Of a stretch of DNA of 64,000 nt, positions 60,173-64,000 are shown one piece after another (position 1 is the stretch's first letter; every line of letters begins with the position of its first letter). A program made the translations under genes and the position numbers. The DNA lies in the NCBI GenBank assembly GCA_050951805.1, contig JBMNJT010000008.1, forward strand, positions 492,998 through 556,997, in the 5' to 3' direction. The notes under the pieces are model-generated. The model did not search any database. It was not told the origin of the DNA and saw nothing but the letters and a program-made list of their open reading frames with translations. This stretch comes from Bacillota bacterium. Its GTDB lineage: Bacteria > Bacillota > DTU025.

Positions 60173-61861
60173 CTATTCGCTCAGTTCTGCATGGTTCTTT
60201 AGGTATAGCACCCGGAGGTCTCGGCTTCCCCGAAACTTAATTCGCACCTTGTCAATATATTTGCTTTTCATAATCTTAACAATGCCGGGTTCTTCGGTTT
60301 CCTGTATTTCCTGATAAGGTTCCTGAAGCGGATAAATTTTAATCCATTCAATAGATTTCTGAATCTGCTGGCGCAAGCGCAAGCGTAGTTCAATTCTCTC
60401 TGCCTCACCTTGGGCGGAATTTAATAACTGATATATTTCTTTAGCCTGTTCAATGTCTTTTTCCAGCCCGGCCTTTTGTTGCCGTAATTCCGTTATTTCC
60501 CGTTCAAATTTCTTATTCTCGCTCTCTAACCTTTCTTTATCATCAAAGGCCTGGGATAGCTTCTTTTCAAGCTGTTCCCTGATTCTGCTGTCCTTTGTTC
60601 GTCCGATGGTGTCGGAGAAGTTCTCCACTTTACTGTCAATTTCAAGCAGCCTCTGCCTATTAACTGTTAGAAGTTTTTCTAACTCATTTATTCTGGCCTG
60701 GGTTTCATCTTCCCCCGGTATTAGCTGGCTGATGTCCAGTTCCTCGAAGTTATCAAAAAATAATTGCTCAAATTCCTCATATCGAATAGGTTTAGCAGTA
60801 CAGGTTTTCAACCGCCTAGAAGCATCACAGACTAGGTATTTCCCGCCTTTTGGTGGTTTGCCTTTGTTTATAAAATGCATGGGATAACCGCATAAACCGC
60901 ATTTAATGACATGGGTGAAAAGGTTTGAGACTTTACCCGTCCTGCCTCCAGCATTGCCTTTTTTCTCTGCATTAGCTTGTAATTGAGCCTGCACCTGGTA
61001 AAACAATTCCTTATCAATGACTGGTGGAAAATAATCCGGTATAGGGTCACCTATGGGTTGCCTCTTACCATCAACCAATTTATGTGGCTGGAATTCCCCA
61101 ATAACAGCCCGGCTTCTTAAAATCTTGTTTATATATGAACCTCTCCAGCCTCCTGTCTTTTTAGGGCCTGCTTTGGGCGGTTTCCAAATGTTCGGGTCAT
61201 CATTTAATTCCCGGGCAATCCTTTCTGCGCCTTTCCCGGCTAACTTTTTACGGAAAATTAGCTCAATCGCCTTGGCTGCTTCAGGAATTAAGATAAATTT
61301 AGTTCTGTCTTGAGAAAGTTTTAGCCACGCTGGGGCTTTTGCGGTCAGCTTTTTGCCTCCATTGCCGGCTTTACTCCTTTTGTTCTCCCAAACGGCTGAT
61401 ATACGTTTAGACTTGGTTTCTGATTCATCGTGTGCCCGGGCCATATAAGTGATAGAAATTATAAGCTGTGCCCAGTTCTGATTAATGCTTTCCTGGTCAT
61501 ATTCCATCCCGTCTTGCAGTGTTACGATTTTAATTCCTGCTTTAATGATACTTGTAAACTGATTAAGTGCATCAAGGATTTGCTCCCTAGAAAGCCTGTC
61601 CAGGTTTTCTACTAGCAGAACCGAACCTGGAGGGATTTTCCCTTCTTCCACCAATCTGAGAAATTCCCCTAATGCCCCTTTAGTGCGATGATGCCCTTTA
61701 TAAGCAGATAGTCCTTTATCAGTTAGTTTTAATGTATCGTCTAGGATAAGGCCATGCTGTTTGCAGTATTCTTCGGATAACTGAATTTGCCTTCTTAGAC
61801 TGTCTCCCTTCTCCTGTTCCGGGGAAGAGAAGCGGATGTAAGAATAGGCTTTAGGTTCCAT
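60173..61861 (-). CDS. Large serine recombinase
   Basis: AYSYIRFSS..Q..GDSLRRQ, ENLDRLSR, recombinase domain, Zn ribbon CGLCG...C...C, coiled coil. Confidence 0.92.
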   Translation of the reverse strand: MEPKAYSYIRFSSPEQEKGDSLRRQIQLSEEYCKQHGLILDDTLKLTDKGLSAYKGHHRTKGALGEFLRLVEEGKIPPGSVLLVENLDRLSREQILDALNQFTSIIKAGIKIVTLQDGMEYDQESINQNWAQLIISITYMARAHDESETKSKRISAVWENKRSKAGNGGKKLTAKAPAWLKLSQDRTKFILIPEAAKAIELIFRKKLAGKGAERIARELNDDPNIWKPPKAGPKKTGGWRGSYINKILRSRAVIGEFQPHKLVDGKRQPIGDPIPDYFPPVIDKELFYQVQAQLQANAEKKGNAGGRTGKVSNLFTHVIKCGLCGYPMHFINKGKPPKGGKYLVCDASRRLKTCTAKPIRYEEFEQLFFDNFEELDISQLIPGEDETQARINELEKLLTVNRQRLLEIDSKVENFSDTIGRTKDSRIREQLEKKLSQAFDDKERLESENKKFEREITELRQQKAGLEKDIEQAKEIYQLLNSAQGEAERIELRLRLRQQIQKSIEWIKIYPLQEPYQEIQETEEPGIVKIMKSKYIDKVRIKFRGSRDLRVLYLKNHAELSE

Positions 61862-61936
61862 TTTACTTTCATCCTTTCAGGGCTTATATATCAACCAAAG
61901 GGGGGAAGGGATAAAGCTCCGCATTAGCCAGACAAA

Positions 61937-62275
61937 CTACTTATTAGCACACTTGGAAAACTTTTCTTGGTCATCCCAGGGGTAAACAATATCGCCTGAA
62001 GCAATCTTTTCTAACAACTCCGCTTCTTTTAGCCAAGGCCGAATTTCGTCCCGGATTTCTTGAGCACGCTCTTGCGCTGCCTTCTTGATTGCTTCAGGCC
62101 CCTTCTTGAGACAATCCCCGCAAATAAAGTCTCTTTCTTCATCCACGTAAACGACAGCAACATATTCCGCTCCCGTGTAAGAAAACATCCTATTGCATAT
62201 TAAACAAGGGTCTCCCAGTTTCCAATCTCTTGCTAGGTTTTCTATGATTTTAATTTCTACCGTCATCATAATCAT
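61937..62275 (-). CDS. Small hypothetical Zn-finger-like protein
   Basis: CLIC and CGDC pairs followed by a helical tail; AAAGGAGA RBS. Confidence 0.65.
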   Translation of the reverse strand: MIMMTVEIKIIENLARDWKLGDPCLICNRMFSYTGAEYVAVVYVDEERDFICGDCLKKGPEAIKKAAQERAQEIRDEIRPWLKEAELLEKIASGDIVYPWDDQEKFSKCANK

Positions 62276-62376
62276 CTCCTTTTTTGTTTTATCCCTTCCC
62301 TTACCATATCATACAAATCTTTTTAATTTCATTGAAGCCTGTTCGATAATCTCGGCCATCTATTTTCTCTCCTTCC

Positions 62377-63045
62377 TTACGGTGTAGGCGTCAATTTGTC
62401 CAGGCCGTGCCTCTTCAGCCAGTTAGTCAGGGTAGCCGGGGTAACGCCATAGCGTTCTGCTATGAAAACCTTTTTTGAGCCGTTCTTTAGCAATGCAACG
62501 ATTTCCGGCTTGAACTTATCCAGCTTTGACTTGCCAGGGCCTTTGGGCCTGCCTAGCCGTTTTCCAGATGCTTTAGCTGCGGCCAGTCCTTCCTTTGTCC
62601 TTGCAGATATTAAATCCCTTTCTATTTCAGCAAATAGCCCTAACATTGTTCGCATAACTTTTGATTGTATATCGTCCCCGTTTAGCTGGAAGTTTTCTTT
62701 GACAGAAAAAACTTTAACTCCTTTATCCTTTAATTCGTTTAAGACTTCTAAAACTTCAACCAGAGAACGTCCTAGCCTGGACAATTCAGGGACAATAAGG
62801 ATGTCACCCTCTGACATTGATTCTACCAAATCTTTCAACTTTCTTTTTTTCCAGGATTTTAAGCCGCTGACTTTTTCCTCTACGAATTCAACCTGCCCCA
62901 AGAATCCCTTTGAATTGGCAAAGGATAATATATCAGCCTTATTCTTTTCTGTGTCTTGGTCAATCGTTGAAACTCTTAAGTAGCCGTAAATTCTAAATTG
63001 CCTTAGCCTCGGGTGAGCCTTCGTCTTAATCTTGGTAGTAGGCAT
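62377..63045 (-). CDS. Resolvase/invertase-type serine recombinase with C-terminal HTH
   Basis: YGYLRVSTIDQ, ELSRLGRS, AEIERDLISARTKEGL, GKRLGRP, HTH; GAAAGGAGGG RBS. Confidence 0.93.
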   Translation of the reverse strand: MPTTKIKTKAHPRLRQFRIYGYLRVSTIDQDTEKNKADILSFANSKGFLGQVEFVEEKVSGLKSWKKRKLKDLVESMSEGDILIVPELSRLGRSLVEVLEVLNELKDKGVKVFSVKENFQLNGDDIQSKVMRTMLGLFAEIERDLISARTKEGLAAAKASGKRLGRPKGPGKSKLDKFKPEIVALLKNGSKKVFIAERYGVTPATLTNWLKRHGLDKLTPTP

Positions 63046-63098
63046 ATTAACCCTCCTTTCATCTTCCTTTTTTGACATAATTAGGATTTTTTAATTTA

Positions 63099-63127
63099 AT
63101 TATAAAGGAAAAGAAAGAGAAAGTCAA
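63099..63127 (-). promoter_or_regulatory. Sigma-70/A promoter of the resolvase
   Basis: TTGACT-N17-TATAAT in AT-rich DNA. Confidence 0.75.
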
Positions 63128-63155
63128 GCCTTTTTTCTATATATTTAGTTATAAT

Positions 63156-63242
63156 TTATATGATCATTTTGTTCAAAACGTTTTCGGCTAGTACAAAGTA
63201 CAATTTGGTAGTATAATAGGGGCAAGGTTCTTTCCAATTCAT
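63156..63242 (-). CDS. Possible 28-aa peptide or gene stub (MNWKEPCPYY...)
   Basis: AAAGGAGG RBS before ATG 63242; TAA at 63156-63158. Confidence 0.3.
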   Translation of the reverse strand: MNWKEPCPYYTTKLYFVLAENVLNKMII

Positions 63243-63268
63243 TTTCTTGTCCGCCTCCTTTAATGGAG

Positions 63269-63299
63269 GCACCTACTCCAGGTGGAGTAGGTGCTTTTT
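63269..63299 (+). terminator. Intrinsic terminator on the + strand
   Basis: GCACCTACTCCA-GG-TGGAGTAGGTGC followed by T5. Confidence 0.7.
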
Positions 63300-63350
63300 C
63301 CATTCGTACATTATTGCGCCTCCTAAAACGGGTTTAGTGCAAATGCCGTT

Positions 63351-63889
63351 TTAACCAGAATGGGTAATGTCCAGGATGGGCTTTGAAACCTCCTTTGGTA
63401 TCCCCAGCATTGCCTCAAGGAAAGCCGCCGGGTCATATGCGTAAGGGTCGCTCTCAAGCCACTTTGGCAGTTCCTTGCCCTCCAGCTCCTTCGCCCTTAT
63501 ATCGTACACCAGTGACAAAGCATCAACATGTAACATGTTCCGGACTGGAAAACCGGTCTAATGCCCGGTAAAGGGAAGTCTTATGGGGCAACTTATCAAG
63601 ATCCAGCTTAATGCGCAGTAACGGGTCGTGCTCGATGACATCCATGTGTTCTATGCGTTCAATGCCAAGAGCATACGCAACAAGCAGTGTCTCTAAGTCG
63701 TCTCCTAGCGTATAGGTTGCCCAGGGGGCCTTTTCAATGGGCAGGGAGTCCAGCAACTGCCTAACATTAAGGTGTTCGCGAAAACAATCAATAAGTAGGG
63801 CTGCTCCGCCAAAAGAGGTTAGGCCATCTTTATCAATTTATGGAAATCCGGCAGGAATTCGTGGTTGCCTGTGTCGAATATGTATCCAC
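63351..63889 (-). pseudogene. Internally deleted, frameshifted IS1380-like transposase remnant
   Basis: LTSFGGAALL, GIERIEHMDVIEHDPLL, LPHKTSLYRALDRF typical of IS1380 N-termini; frameshift after the start; joined to a C-terminal fragment. Confidence 0.7.
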
Positions 63890-64000
63890 CAGAAAGGTGC
63901 CTCCTTCGGGGTGTTCTTGGGATGCTGTCCCCGTTAAGAATTCCCCATGGGAAGTCACTTTTCCTTTATCTGTCGCCATTTTTCAAGGGTAACCCTGCGA

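Larger units (their letters stand above)
60146..64000. mobile_element. Left end of an AT-rich integrative element (serine recombinases); extends beyond window
   Basis: Abrupt shift to AT-rich sequence; truncates the ATPase; large serine recombinase ends about 25 bp from the junction; boundary approximate. Confidence 0.7.

Overview
Chromosomal window from a moderately GC-rich, probably spore-forming Bacillota (dpaA/spoVFA, spoVT, a Firmicute-type LexA box; a non-lipidated BMP protein hints at a diderm envelope). Most of it is housekeeping or metabolic: crt-hbd, alaX, yigZ, a nucleoside ABC transporter, lemA-TPM, folE2, ABC-F, tldD/pmbA, a deamination-first MTA/SAH salvage cluster, mgtE, dnaE, pfkA, a split feoAB with a DtxR-family regulator, and three tRNAs. 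Highlights: (1) an mgtE leader with a 38-codon uORF starting MDGDP and mutually exclusive helices that could gate the mgtE ribosome-binding site, a candidate non-M-box Mg2+ attenuator; (2) a LexA-controlled imuB / stand-alone ImuB-C / dnaE2 cassette with no imuA; (3) an IS1202-type element with a 16-bp target duplication next to a tRNA promoter; (4) an AT-rich element with a large serine recombinase, a Zn-finger protein and a resolvase that truncates a P-type ATPase gene; (5) an in-frame 6-nt TGA-containing insertion in dnaE and a +1 frameshift in ahcY, possibly assembly errors; (6) an unassigned structured RNA candidate. No CRISPR array or rRNA seen. All calls come from reading motifs by eye; no searches were run.
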